From Octopus sinensis (taxonomy: Eukaryota), in the NCBI RefSeq assembly GCF_006345805.1, contig NW_021836131.1, forward strand, positions 248,001 to 312,000: 64,000 bases of DNA, given 5' to 3'. Both the position numbers and the translations under genes were made by a program. The stretch's first letter is position 1; each line of letters begins with the position of its first letter. The notes beneath the pieces were generated by a model. The model saw only the letters and a list, made by a program, of their open reading frames with translations, was not told where the DNA came from and did no database searches. Positions 34,331 through 47,359 of this stretch are shown piece by piece.

Positions 34331-35510
34331 TTAGTTTCGGATTACTTTTTTTATGTATATAATGTTTGGAAAAAAATTTCCCAATTGCCAAAAAAATATT
34401 TTGTCACTTTTTTGTTCTCTTTCATGTGAACTATCTTGTATCTCCATCCACTGAAATTCTACAATAACGGTTATTAGGTAAGATTGATTTGATCGTGGCA
34501 GTATCACCATAAGCACTTTCAAATTTTTTCAATAAGAGAGCCGGATTCGTTCCATAATCTTTATGGATCCTTATCTATACATAAAATTTATTTTAGATAC
34601 CTTATCTTCAACTGAAAATGAATATTTTGACACATGAACTCCCATTTTTTAATTCATTTTGGAAATAGGGGCTATTCAAATTTGGGGTTTCAAAATTAAA
34701 ATCAAAGTCTTATTGTTTTTTATCACATTTCTCATTTCATCGAGATTCTTGCATCCATGTCATCCGGAATTGCAGTATTAAACCCGTTAATCCCTCTGTA
34801 TTTTATAAAGGACTTCCCTAAGAATAAAAATAAAATAGATACCAGTTGATGAATGTACAGTAAGGTTATAAAATAGACAGCTTCACTTATGTCATTTGTC
34901 CATTTTTATATCTTTCACGCTTCATCATTTTTAATAAGGATCTGTTAGGTTTGATTAAACCTTTCCACAATTCCTTGGCTTCTGGAGTTATTTGGCCTGC
35001 TGTGGACTTGTTTAATCTTGAATCTTTTGCACAATTCATGAATATGTACATTTTAAAATTCAGTCCAATTGTCAGACACGCAGTGAGTAATATTGTGAAT
35101 ATTCTTGCAATGGAAAGCCATTTCCTCTTCATTATCCAAAGTAATTACAAGCCTCGGACTTTTATCTTTCCTTTAAAGATACAGCTTTCCAGAAATCACA
35201 CAAAAATTTTCAGCTTTTTTGCTGAGTTGATATCTCTGTTGTTTTTTTTAACGGCAATAGGTCACCATTCCAAATGTCCACAATAAATTATATTCAAAAA
35301 AAAATTATATCATCAATATTCTTATCAAACAAACGAGGCATTAAACAGCATGCTTAATTTATTGTTTTTAATGATAATGTTAACCATTGAAAATAAAAAT
35401 CCATAATATTATTAATTTTTAAATTAATAAGTAAATATATTTGTCATCTAAATATTTTTAATTAAAATTTTAAAAATTTAAAGCTATGGTAACGCATGGG
35501 GCATGTGACA
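34330..35510 (-). mobile_element. Second Ginger2-like integrase remnant
   Basis: SDN.TEF.NVHIHELCKRFKIKQVHSRPNNSRSQGIVERFNQT in an alternative frame; terminus TGTCAC at 35510 same as 28555 element; other end not found. Confidence 0.7.
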
Positions 35511-35648
35511 TAATGTATTGTTTTTAGAAAATTTAATGTTACTGACTTGTTAAATATACATCATATTTATAATAGATTTATGACAATTAAAACTTTGTCA
35601 ACTCTATTATGATACCAATTTTAAAGTGATTTCTATGACAACAGACGA

Positions 35649-38600
35649 TTTTTTTATTTTGCACGTTGTTGTTGTGGTGGTGCACTTTTTCTTTTCATTT
35701 GTTCTTTTGTAATTTGGTATTCAATAATTCATTGTTGTAATTGTCATCTATCTAATAATTATTCTCTGTTTATTCTTTTTCTGATCCTATGTCTCCCTGC
35801 AGCAAGTGCGAACCTACGTGCCCTCGGAAAAAGGGAAGTTATTGTTCTTCGTGCCAACTCTACTTCCACCTCTCCTGTGTCGGCTTATCGAAGATCAGCT
35901 TGGCAAGCATCGCAAACTGGAAATGTTTTCGCTGCTCTTCTACTCCTCTGTACATCGAGGCCCCGACTCTTCCCAAAATACCTAAGGACCGGTCTTGTTC
36001 CAAAGCTCGCGAATTCTCGTACTTTTGTCTCGTTTTCGGAAATCGAAGTCTATCCCATTCCTAAATCGGCCAGGATCCAAGTTGCTAACTCCTTGGCTCT
36101 GGCTATTGAGCGGGCTCTGGCCTTGAATTCTTGGAGCGATTGGCTCAAGTTTCTCTCATTTGTCCCTGTCTGTGGGCAGCCCTTTAAACGGCACTCTTCG
36201 TGGTGACCGCTTGTTCGTCTCGCAGCAAATTAAAACAAACTGCGAGTTTTTCAACAATTCAGAATTTGATATGAGCTATTTTTCCCTTGATGCTGCTGAA
36301 AGGATCCCTCGTCCAATTCGGAGCACTCAGGACATTTCTCGAATGGTTCGCAGCAAGCTTATCAAGGCGACGTTCGGAGTGCAGTACGTGTTATTTCCTC
36401 GAACACCACAATTGCCCCCCCTTCTGACAAAATCCTCGACCAATTGCGCTCTAAACACCCAGGATGATCTATCTGAAATCCCAGATCTGGTGACTGATTC
36501 TATATATCCCGTCTCTTCGACGGAAGTAACTGCCGCCCTCAGCTCTTTCCCATTCAGTAGCAGTGGGGGTATGGATGGCTCGAAACCGATTCATATAAAA
36601 GATCTGATTTCCCCTGTTACTGCAGAGGGTGGAAGACGCTTATTGTTGGCCATCACTTCCCTCTGCTCAAGAATCATCTCTGGTACGATCCCTCCTTTCG
36701 CTAGGGACGTACTCTTTTCCGCAAATCTGACTGCTCTTAACAAAAGTGATGGTGGTGTACGGCCTATCGCTGTGGGCAACATCTTCAGACGCCTGGCTGC
36801 TAAAATTATTTGTCAATCAGTGGTTCCGAAAGCAAGTGCTAAGCTTATGCCATTTCAACTGGGCGTGGGCGTGAAAGGAGCCTGCGAAGCAGCCGCCCAT
36901 TGCATACGGCAGCTGTCTTCTGCAAAATGTACTGAAATCCCATTCCTCCTTAAAATTGATGTCAAAAACGCGTTCAACTCGATTCGGCGCGATCATATCC
37001 TTGAAACTGTCCGATGTCGTTTCCCTGCCTTATACCCGATCGTCCATCTGTCTTACGCCTCCCCCAGCTGTCTCTTGTTTGCCGACAATGTTATTATGTC
37101 CGAAACTGGTATTCAACAAGGCGACCCTCTTGGGCCCCTTTATTCTCACTCGGTGTTGATCACATTGCCCGCCAATTGTCCTCCGAGGTAAACATTTGGT
37201 ACCTCGATGATGTTACTCTCGGCGGGGCTTTGGAGACCGTCAGGAATGATATAGAAAAAATTATTTCTGGTTTGCCTCCTTTGGGCTCGCTTTGAATGGA
37301 TCCAAATTCGAGCTGATATGCTTGTCTGCGAGCCCTTCGGAATTCAAACTTATTTTTTCCACCTTATCTCACCATATTGAAGGCCTGGGCATCACCCAGC
37401 TTGATGACCTCATCATTCTGGGTTCCCCAATCAATAGCAAGGCTACTAAGAAGGCTTTATGTGACAGGCTCGAAGAATTGGAAACTCTAATCTCCCGCAT
37501 TTCCAAACTTGAATCCCATTTGGGCCTTTTCTTGCTCAAGAACTATCTCTTTATACCAAAGCTAACTTATCTCATGCGCTCATCGCCCTGCTTTCTCGAA
37601 CAAGATCACTTGTCTTGTCTCGACAACATGGTCTCCAAAGCTCTTGAGCTTCTCGTAAATATCAAATTCAAACCTTCAGACATGCGACGGGTTAATTTAC
37701 TTATTCGTTACGGGGGCATCGGCATTCGTTCTTGTGTTGATTTATCCCTCCCATGTTACCTTTCCTCGTTGTCTGCCTCTGCTAGTTCCTTCAACTCTGT
37801 TCTCTTCCCCTCCCCTGAACAGCCCGAGTTGTTGGAATATACGGCGGGTGTCAACATGTGGATTTCTCGTGGGCTTAAAATCCCGGACGCCCCCTCAGTT
37901 CAAAAGAACTGGGATGATATACATTGCTCCCATGTACTCGAAGACATCCGCCTACGTGCTGACCAATTTCAGTTGGCAAGCATCAATTGTGCCTGTCAAC
38001 CCCACTCGGGCGATTGGCTTGACGCTTTGCCGATTTCCTCGGCTGGAATGTTGCTGGACGACGAATCTGTCCGCATCGGAATCTGTTTACGGCTTGGCAT
38101 AGAGATTTGCCAGCCGCACCATTGCAGATGTGGACAACTCATTGACAGGAGAGGTTTACACCCTCTCTCTTGTCGCCTCAGTGCCGGCAGGATCCCCAGG
38201 CACGCCTCATTGAATGACGTTGTGAAGCGCGCGCTTAACGCCGCTGGATTTCCCTCGATGTTGGAACCGATAGGACTAGACCGTGGAGATGGAAAACGCC
38301 CCGACGGGTCGACATTATTCCCGTTCAGGAAGGGAATGGCACTCGTGTGGGATGTTACCTGCGTAGACTCATTTTCTCCATCATCGCTGGTTGACTCCGC
38401 TTCTCGTCCTGGATCTGCATCTGCCCTTGCCGAATCTAGGAAAACTGCAAAATATGCCTCTTTGACCGATTCCTGCTGCTTCATTCCCCTGGCTTTTGAG
38501 ACCAGTGTGATAATTGGACTTAAAGCCCTCAAACTCCTCTCAGAGATTGGTTCAATCATCTCGAGGAGGAGTCACGACAGTCGCGAAACGAGCTGGCTTT

Positions 38601-38711
38601 TTCAGCGGATATCGTTCGCGATATTACGTGGAAATTGCCTGTCCATCCGCTCGGCGACTCATCTAAATTAGTTAATTTCTCTTCTCTATTTTTCTTGTTT
38701 TTTAAAAAAAA
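35649..38711 (+). mobile_element. Full-length CRE-clade non-LTR retrotransposon (PHD-RT-CCHC-RLE)
   Basis: TSD AACAGACGA at 35640-35648 and 38712-38720, A-tail; ORF 35789-38671 with a few frameshifts: PHD (CSKC..CSSCQLYFHLSC..WKCFRC), RPIAVG, NAFNS, GIQQGDPLGP, WYLDD, CRCG..HPLSC..RH, KRPDG..WDVT..K..KY. Confidence 0.93.
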
Positions 38712-39460
38712 AACAGACGAGCTCTTAGATCATGAGCAATGTAAAAAATATAACCTAAATTAATACAAATATTCGAGAGTTATTTATAAAATATCCATTA
38801 AAGAAATGTCGAAATCATTTCTATAATCACAGGAACTAATTTATGACGGAAAAACGATTTTGAATCTCAAATAAATTTGACTGCAATAGCATCTACAGTT
38901 GTTTTAACCATTTTAACCAAAAAGTATATTGTGCTCGACAAATATTTTCTTGCACAAGAAATCCGATGGAATGTATAACGAAATAATTAGGACATTGTTC
39001 TATTTAACTTTCCCATTAAGGAAGCACGATATTACTGAATTAGTAGGAAGACGACTGAGGAATTGAGTGGAGTGACTGTAGTTTAGTTTGTTCGTACAAA
39101 CAATCAAAATCAATGTTATATCGACATCATTCATCAACAACAATAAAAATCATTGGAGAATTTAATACCTGGACATAGAAATAGCTTTAATATTAAAAAC
39201 TAAAACTTTGAAACTCCAAGAAAATTTTTTTTATTTCCAAAAGAAAGGAACCAGGAGTGTCGATTTTTAAAAAAATTAGTAGTTCTATACTTAAATGGGA
39301 TGTAAGACTACCAGGAGCCAACAATAGCACAAAAAACGAATTCTCGTAAATTAGATATAGTCAATACGGCAGTGCGGTTTTGTGGTTTGTTAAACATATT
39401 TCACCTCGCAGAAAATTTCCAATATATAGATCTGTTATTCAAATAAATTTAATCTTAAAT

Positions 39461-42425
39461 ATGGCGTCAATTATTTTATTATAATAATTCTATTTTAAGA
39501 TATTTTGTTTATTCCTAATTGTTATTTTATCAATTAAGTTCAAATCGTCATATTTGCGCTTTTAAAGAAATTTTAAACTAGTTCTGAATCAGGTGTGTAT
39601 TTTAATATATAATTAATTTGCCAAAATGAATCATTTATGATTCACATCAATACATAAAATTTATATAGATTGACCCAGATGAATCAATATTTAAGTCCAT
39701 TGATCTCACATAAAGAAAATCAGCAGCTCATATACTGTATGGGGAGAGGAAGAGAAGTATGTAACCTAATAATACGTGATTTAATATATAGATAATATAT
39801 TCTACTATTGCTCAACTATATAATGTAAACAACGATATACCTCGTTCATGGAGACACCAAGCAACAGGAGTAATTTGTTTAGTGAAAAATCATATTGGAA
39901 AATGTTTTGTTTTGGCATTTTATAATCTTAAATCAGTATTTTTGTCAAATTCATCTCTAAAGTGTGAACTAATTCTGAAACAAGATCTTTATTATAAAAT
40001 GCCTTATTCTGAACAGACACAGTTTCTTCATTCTTTTGAAACTAAAGTTTGACTATTTTTTATATTGATTTGACCTAATTTCTTGAATTTTGGTCATATA
40101 TATATGCTTTACTTTGACTTTGTTAGGACTCAGTTATCGGATTGAACTTTGCCTTTGGGCAAGACGCGAAAAAATTTATTAAAAACGTTCAAACCAAGCT
40201 CGAAATGATCCGCAATATACGAGGTAGGAATATTATTTTATTTTAATATTTCTATGATTCAATATTATACATTACACTATCATTTTATTTCATAATTTAA
40301 TTTTTAGAAAAAGGATTTTACAATATCGACTCAACAAGTTCTCGTTTGTGTATTTCATTTACTTATTTTTAGCTGAATCTACCACAAGAAAAAGCAAATC
40401 TGTAATTGAAAAATTTAAAAAGGTTTAATTAACATATTTAAAACATCAGATTTAAAAAATAAAAGTCGTAAAATTTCATTCTTTGGAAAAAAAGATACAA
40501 GTAATAATGTTTAAAAGAATTCTAGATGATTTTGATTATGGCAATTGTCTGATTTCTGAACCGAAGGATCCTCATGTTGTTTTACACTATGGAGAATCTG
40601 TAAGTCAAATTGTAGCTTTATTTATTTTAAAGGGGATTGTACTTGATGAAAAAGCTAAAAATAAATTCAGTGAGATAGGATATACTGATGATCAACTAAA
40701 AGACCCAAAAATCGTACAATCGCTCATTTCTTCTATTTCTAATTGTAAAGGAAACCTAAATGAAATAAAAAATACTGCTCCCAAAAAAACTAAAAAAAGT
40801 AATAAATAATTTTTCTACTTCTTAGGTTCTAAATCAAAGAAAAAAGAAAGCCAGAATTTAGTTAATGTTGACGATATAGTAATCGGAGAACCGCGTAACC
40901 CAATGTAATTTCAATTAGAATTTTTATACTATTAGACACACAGGGGAAGCTGACTTGACATTAAAATATGGCATGAATTTTGGTATGTAAATCTATGAAA
41001 TCATTAATTTTAGATAATGGCTCAAAATATTGTTTTAATAAGATTGGCGATAATGACGTTAAAAGTAATGAATAATATATTATTTTTAGCTGAAATGTCT
41101 ATTCCTGTCGATTTTGAATCGATTAATGACATGTCATCAAATACGCCATTAAATAAGAGTTCATTGTCAGGTATGAAGTCTGTTTGAAACATCAATTCAG
41201 ATTCACAATTTAATATTCATTCGAACATGCAACCAAATTTTATGCCTCCTCCGTTTGTTCCCGATAAATTTTTTAGATCTGAACAATTGGATATATCAAA
41301 TAATTTATCACAAAAACCCTTGCCATCGTCATCTCAAATAATCACAAATCCATTTATTGCTCGTTCAAAAGTCGAAAACATTGAAATTCCAAAACAAGTT
41401 TTTTCACATGCTCCCAATACTTCTCTAAACCCGCCACTGCCAAACATTTTTACAGACCAATTCCCGAAATCAACTTTTTCACGACCCTCTATAGATAATC
41501 TTCCAAAAAAATCATTTTCACGACCTCCTCCAGATACACTTCCAAAATCTACATTTTCAGTTCCTCCTTCGAATGAACAGCCTAAACCACAAAGAAATAT
41601 ACCATCTTCAAAGTTGGATTTGTCCTCTGATGTAAAATCGCCAACTTCATCAATTCCCCGATTAAGTGGTTGTTTTGATGTTCCAAATTTTCTACCCCCA
41701 TCAAATTTTTCGCCATTAAATCAAAAAATAAACAATGATTCTTCATCAAATTTCATTTCCTCTGATATTGAATCAAGGGGAGGAAATGTTAATAAAAATA
41801 TGCCTTCTAAAATGAGCTCATATAAGCAAACTCATGGTTCAAATTTATCACCAGAGTCAATTATGTGGCCTACAAAAGCAACACCCTCTGATCAAAAAGA
41901 AATGAAGTTACTAAAGCCGACCAAAAAAGAAAAATAGAGGTTTCATTGGTTATGATATTTTCAAGTTGGATTCAATTGAAGATAAAGTATCAGAAAAGAT
42001 ACATGTACCAACACCTCCAACTGCCTTAAATATTCCATCAAAAAAAGATAATAATTTACCTGATAGAAGTATTTTTAACAACATAATTTTATAAAGGCAA
42101 TCTTCTTTTTCAAATTCGAAGTGGTAGTCCAAAATTAAAGAACACGGAATTCACCCCAGCTAAAGAACACAAAGACAATGCCAAACCAGCCAGTAGTGTT
42201 TATTTTAGTTACATTTATTAGATTTACTGAGCGAAATAAGATCTGGGAAAGCACTTCGTCATGTTTCTCCTGAAGATAAAAACCCAAAAAATGACATTAA
42301 ACCCGTACCAGGAATAATGCAGTCTGTTATTGATGTCCTTAATGAACGTAAAGCCGATTTATATTCCTCTGGTGACTTGTTTTGACTTTAATTTTGTAGA
42401 TACCAGTGAAGGGGAAGCTTGGTAA
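39461..42425 (+). CDS. WASL: WASP/N-WASP family actin nucleation promoting factor
   Basis: WH1 (WRHQATGVICLVKN..FLHSFET..IGLNFA), CRIB/GBD (ISEPKDPHVVLHYG..FSEIGYTDDQLKD), Pro-rich 41227-41937, WH2 (LLSEIRSGKALRHV), C (VLNERK), terminal EAW*. Confidence 0.85.
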
Positions 42426-42559
42426 TTTTCTTGAAATTTTTTTTTATAATCAAAGAAATAAAATGAACTGCTGATTAACTTAATTTATTTTCTTGTTGAC
42501 TTTGATTCTGATTTTTAGCATCAATATTAGAAAATAATTTTTTTATTCCCCTAAGATAA

Positions 42560-42835
42560 GAAACAAAACATTAGACAAAAAAGGAAACCGCCTAGTTTGC
42601 CATGCTAGAGGCTGACGAGATTAAAAAAGAGTTAGAGCGTACTATCGCAAGGGATATCTGCATAAAAAACCATCTTGATTCGCGGGCGACGCCTGTGGAT
42701 GTAGAAATTCGAGATCCGAATTCCTGAACGAAGCTGATTGCCTTTCCTCCCAAGGAACCGGAAGTCTCAACTGTGAATGAAAGAATTTGGTACTTCTCCA
42801 CAAGTGAAAACTACTTCCACATCTTTCTGCATTCA
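42560..42835 (-). mobile_element. CRE 3'-end fragment
   Basis: EKY..FTVETSGSLG..RESRWFFMQISLAIVRSN. Confidence 0.8.
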
Positions 42836-42842
42836 GCAAATA

Positions 42843-43447
42843 TATAGACAATAACTAATATTTTTATTTTTGCGAAAAGATATTTACGCCTTTTTACGGC
42901 AAAAGTATAATCTGTCCAAAATAAAAAACGAACAAATTTTTATTTGTAAATGTTATTAAATATAATGATTTTTAAAAAATTATTAATATTTGCACGCTAT
43001 AATACTTATTATGGCTAGACATTGAGTTTTAGGAAGAAAAGGGAACAATTATCGGTATTTACAAATGCGGAAAGACGTATCGCGAAATACAAGTAACAAA
43101 AGATCACTTGATTACCATATCGAAAACAATCGAAAATATAAACAAAATATTCCATGCACAAGAAAATATGGTCTGGTCGTCCCCGGCTCCTAATTTGAAG
43201 AAGATTTAAAAAATCAATAGGCAAGGATTGAAGATCCAAATTTTAATTGCGTAAAATATGCGAGGCACTGAAAGAAGAAACTGGGAAAAATGTTAACACC
43301 TGAAACATCAGTGGTGGGCATACTAAATTTTAATTTGTAAATAAATTTTTGTTCGTTTTTATTTTTGTTCAGATCTCTTGCCGTAAAAAGGCGGTAATAA
43401 AATTTAAATAATTTTTTTGCAAAATAAAAATAGTTATTGTTTAGATA
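42843..43447 (+). mobile_element. Internally deleted Tc1-like element with ~100-bp TIRs
   Basis: Inverted repeats ~42843-42945 and ~43340-43447 (ACAATAACTA..CGCCTTTTTACGGCAA..AAAAACGAACAAA); internal IIGIYKCGKTYREI and SGRPRLL. Confidence 0.72.
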
Positions 43448-43559
43448 TGTTAAAATTCTATTTAGATTTTTTTTTTGATTCGTGTCTTGGAAATTTTAGG
43501 AAAAATGTAGTGTTCGTTTTTTATTTTGGTTTACTGTATATAAATTTATTTTTAGAATT

Positions 43560-43892
43560 TTTAAAGAATTCTTCCTTTAATGAAATATCGCAACTCCATC
43601 AGCGTGGAAATTAGGATGCGCCTGCAAAGTTTCAACTAGAACTCATTAATTTACAACATGATATAGAAACTGGCGGCATTGTCAAAATGCGTCCATTATT
43701 AATTTTTACGAATTAATTCCTCAAGACAAATAAAAAATATAACACACAATGCATATATGAATCTACATATTTATGAGAATCAATATTTAGTAAAATGGAA
43801 ATATTAAAATATATATAATATTTTTGTGTGCGGCCCGCGAAGCTAATCTTAATTAATCGATTGGCCCTGAGCTAAAAGGTTGAGAACCCCTG
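43560..43892 (+). mobile_element. hAT (Buster/SPIN-like) 3' end
   Basis: DAPAKFQLELINLQ; subterminal GCGGCCCGCG and terminal AAAAGGTTGAGAACCCCTG. Confidence 0.72.
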
Positions 43893-44399
43893 GTTTACAG
43901 TATGTAAAAATTACTAAACACAGTTATCACAAATTGCGGATATATTGTGTCGACAACTAAGTTTTTGTCTTTTATTTAATTTATGATTGTGTTTTGAAAA
44001 TTTATTTGTTATATTTTATTTATTTTGATTTGAATCATTTAATTCATTATTCTCTCAGATAATCAAAATGGAATTTCTAGTTCGAAAAGTGCATCGCCTT
44101 TTCTTTTCATTTAATTGAGGTTTTACTGTTAAAAAGCTTTTTGTGCTATTTGTGTTTTGTATATGAAAATACAATATAAAACACCGCGCCTTGCTGTTTT
44201 GATACGTTTAAAAAAGAAAATTTTGATTAACATGGATCTCGTTCTGGCCGCTGAACTAAACTTGAAAAGGCCATTTAAAATAATTTTACCTTGAGGATCC
44301 ACTCCAAACAACAGGGAAATTTTTCAAGCAAATGAATTGTTCTCATAAGTGTGTGAGGAAGCATTTTTTACTATTCAGTAAAAGTGAAATAATCGACAG

Positions 44400-44720
44400 C
44401 ACGATGTTCTTGTAATGCCTGATAATGCTCGCCTTCATATATCAATAGTCACTTGATTTAACACAACAGATTTTCACTTTTTACGATCACTTTTAAATGC
44501 TATGTGTAGAAGTTTTTTTAACAATAATGTAGTATTCAGAGCTTGGTTGAATAATTTTTTCGAGCCAAAATCTTATGATTTCTACTAAAAGGCATTGAGA
44601 TTTTTGTTAAACGTTGGGAAAAAGTTGTAGACACAGATGGAAAATATATCATTGATTAAATAGTCGATGGTTCTTATTTTTCTAACTCAATAATTAGACA
44701 AATTATGATAACATTTTTAT
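44400..44720 (+). mobile_element. mariner transposase 3' remnant
   Basis: FFE..FY..GI..RWEKVVDTDGKYIID*. Confidence 0.75.
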
Positions 44721-44749
44721 TTGAATAAAATATATCAAAAACATTAAAA

Positions 44750-45260
44750 ATCAATACGCCATAAAGACGCAGTCATTCCTTTATATTTTTTAATTTTGAA
44801 AATAACAAATCTTGTTTTTCAATTCGATTGAGTTTACCATTCCTCGTTTTTGGTGGTTTAATTCTAGTTCAAAAATTAACAAATAAATAAACTTTGAAGA
44901 TTTTTTGGATTTTTTATTTCCATTAGACAACGTTATTTCTTTATTCTAATTCGCAAAATCATAATATAAAATATTACCACAATAATTGTATTTAATAAAT
45001 CATTTGCTGATTTAGCCCACCAGGAATCTCCAGAATCGACAGAATTAGCATACCCAAGCTAAAATAGAATATAATAGTAATTACCCCATGTTTTGACTTT
45101 TGAGATCTCTGAATGATTGGCTTGGTAATTCCCTGATTAATTATTCCCAATCCCTCACCTAAAGTCTTCATAGCAATAAGCAAATTCTTAACCTTCTTTC
45201 CATCCCATTTTTTCAATAATCTTTTTAGAGCAAAACGGCATAACTACAAAACAACGTGAC
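44750..45260 (-). CDS. G-patch domain protein (GPATCH4/PINX1-like)
   Basis: FALKRLLK.MGWKE|GEGLGIINQGITKPI..KSKHG|LGY..DSWWAKSAN after removing two mini-introns; ends approximate. Confidence 0.65.
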
Positions 45261-45559
45261 AAAGTTTTTAAAAATATTTTTAATTTATTAAAAACATTAA
45301 TATATTGAATTTAGTTTCACTCTAAAAACAATTGCAGTAATATTTTCATCTTACACAATTTCTTGCTTCATAAAATTGACGGAATAAAAACTGGTGCGGT
45401 CGACTTATCTGTATAATCGAAGTAATTATATTGGTAAAACGTGAATTTAACTGAAACATCAGAAAAAGTATTGATATTGATGAATTCAATCGAAAATTTT
45501 GGTAAAAAGTCACAATTACATACAAATGAATTCTATAAATTTGTTAAGGTCCAAATTAA

Positions 45560-47230
45560 AATATTTAAATTGATTGCTGTATTATTTATCTTTTTCGTTT
45601 TGAGCATTCCTTAGCTCTTTAACTACAATTTTTTGTCTACCATCACGATCTGATCTTCACTCCACCATTGTTCTTACACGGCGCGATTCTGTCAATCTTA
45701 CTTATCGTAGAGACTTTTGTGTAGACAATGAATAATCTCACTAACATCACTCTTTTAAAAGCGCATCCAATTTGATGCTCTAATACAGCGGTTCCCAACC
45801 GGGGGTGCGAGCAAAAATTTAGGGGTGCGAGATTTTATGCAGACTGGAACAGCACTTTTAAATAAATCTGGTGGAACTAATATTAGCGGCAATGCAATAT
45901 TTGGAATCCACGAATTTACTCAGATGCTGGCTTATTTTATCGACATTTTTACTTACATGAATAAATTTGAGTTTATCTCTTCGAGATACAGATGTTATCA
46001 TACTCAAATGCCACGAAAATGCTGCATTCAAAAATAAATTATCTCTTTGGCTTCGACGAATAGAAACATACAATCTCACGAATTTCCCAACCTTAGAAAA
46101 GATGGTTGACAATTTAATTTGGATTTTAGTCCATTTTCGTATAATCTGAAAATTATGTCAGATGATCATGAACTCAAAGAGGATCTGATTGATTTTCGAA
46201 CAAATAAAGCACTTAAAATAGAGTTTCACAACTGTACATTCCAGCAGTTTTGGAGTAATGAAAATGTATCCAAAATTATTTCAAAAGGCTTTGTATGAAA
46301 TTATTCCATTTAAACGACATACTTATGCGAGTCGGATTCAGCTCTCTTTTGGCAATTAAAACTAAATACAGAAATCGCCTGAATCCTGAACATTGTATTG
46401 TGATTAGCAAAAAATGCCAAGATTTGACAAAATCATTGAAAATAAACAAGAACAAAGAAGCCATTAATTGATTGCTTTTGTTCTTGTGTTACTGTATACT
46501 TTTGTTAATTTAAACTTTATTTTGTTTAATGTTAAATTGTTAATTTTTTCGATTTACAAACCTGGCGGTGCGAGAGTTTGTAAAAAATATTTAGGGGTGC
46601 GAGCTCTAAAAAGGTTAGGAACCCCTGCTCTAATAAAATGCTTTCAAGGGTTTTCTTTAGTACAATAGATTGAATTTGTGCTTTTGAATATATCCACATC
46701 CAAAACATCCATATATGACTTGTAGAAGTTACTTATTATCCAAACACCCAAGTCAAAACAATAGAAATAATTTTAACTTTCTCGTTGTATTATTTGAGAC
46801 AACTCTCAGTGAGAAGGTCGTGTTTATGAAGTTTTTCTACCTCGACCATCTTTAGAATCTCCTAAAAAGTGATTCCAACCTTTACTAAAGTAATCTCACT
46901 ATCCTTTTATCCAAAACAAATATGTCCGGCTTGTTATGTTTTACTCTGATATACGTCATTAACGTCGTATCGATTCAAATCTCAACATTCTCAGTTGTTA
47001 CTACTGAATGAGTCTTCAGTTTCTTTGAATATGTGATATCTACGACACAAGTTTTAAATTAAAACATCTCACCACCTCATTATGACTTTGAATTTCATTA
47101 CTATTTAACATCTCATTGTATCTCGTCGCCAAATGATCGACTGTTTTTTGGACAGATTCACAATAATTGCGATTCGATCTTTTTTTAAAGAACAAATTTC
47201 GGTGGCTAAACAACTTGCCTCAAAAATCAG
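45560..47230 (-). mobile_element. R4-like non-LTR remnant (knuckle + RLE), interrupted by hAT
   Basis: KTVDHLATR, HNEVVRC, HNKPDIFVLDK, VKVGIT, EVEKLHKHDLL, KIISIVLTW, IQSIVLKKTLESIL. Confidence 0.82.
45786..46627 (+). mobile_element. Non-autonomous hAT/Charlie element
   Basis: TIRs CAGCGGTTCCCAACC / CAGGGGTTCCTAACC, 8-bp TSD CTCTAATA (45778-45785, 46628-46635); transposase C-terminal remnant (LAYFIDIF, TYLCE, IKTKYRNRL). Confidence 0.93.
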
Positions 47231-47359
47231 TCTTTGATTAAAAATTCTTCCGTAGCTGTTTTCAGGTATCTGAGGATATAAATTAAGAGGTTGGCTCCAA
47301 TTCGCTTAGTTACGTAATATTGTTTATTGGTTGAACTGGTGACGCGGTTCTTAAAACAA

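Noticed and set aside
5069-38671. Programmed frameshifting/RNA editing or mass pseudogenisation of BAZ1A, POLG, TBCE, STX17
   Set aside because: 1-nt indels fall mostly in homopolymers and also distinguish near-identical repeat copies; long-read consensus error is the simpler explanation (check by short-read polishing).
38720-39400. Host gene downstream of the full-length CRE
   Set aside because: Could not build a consistent spliced frame; mentioned only as a possibility.
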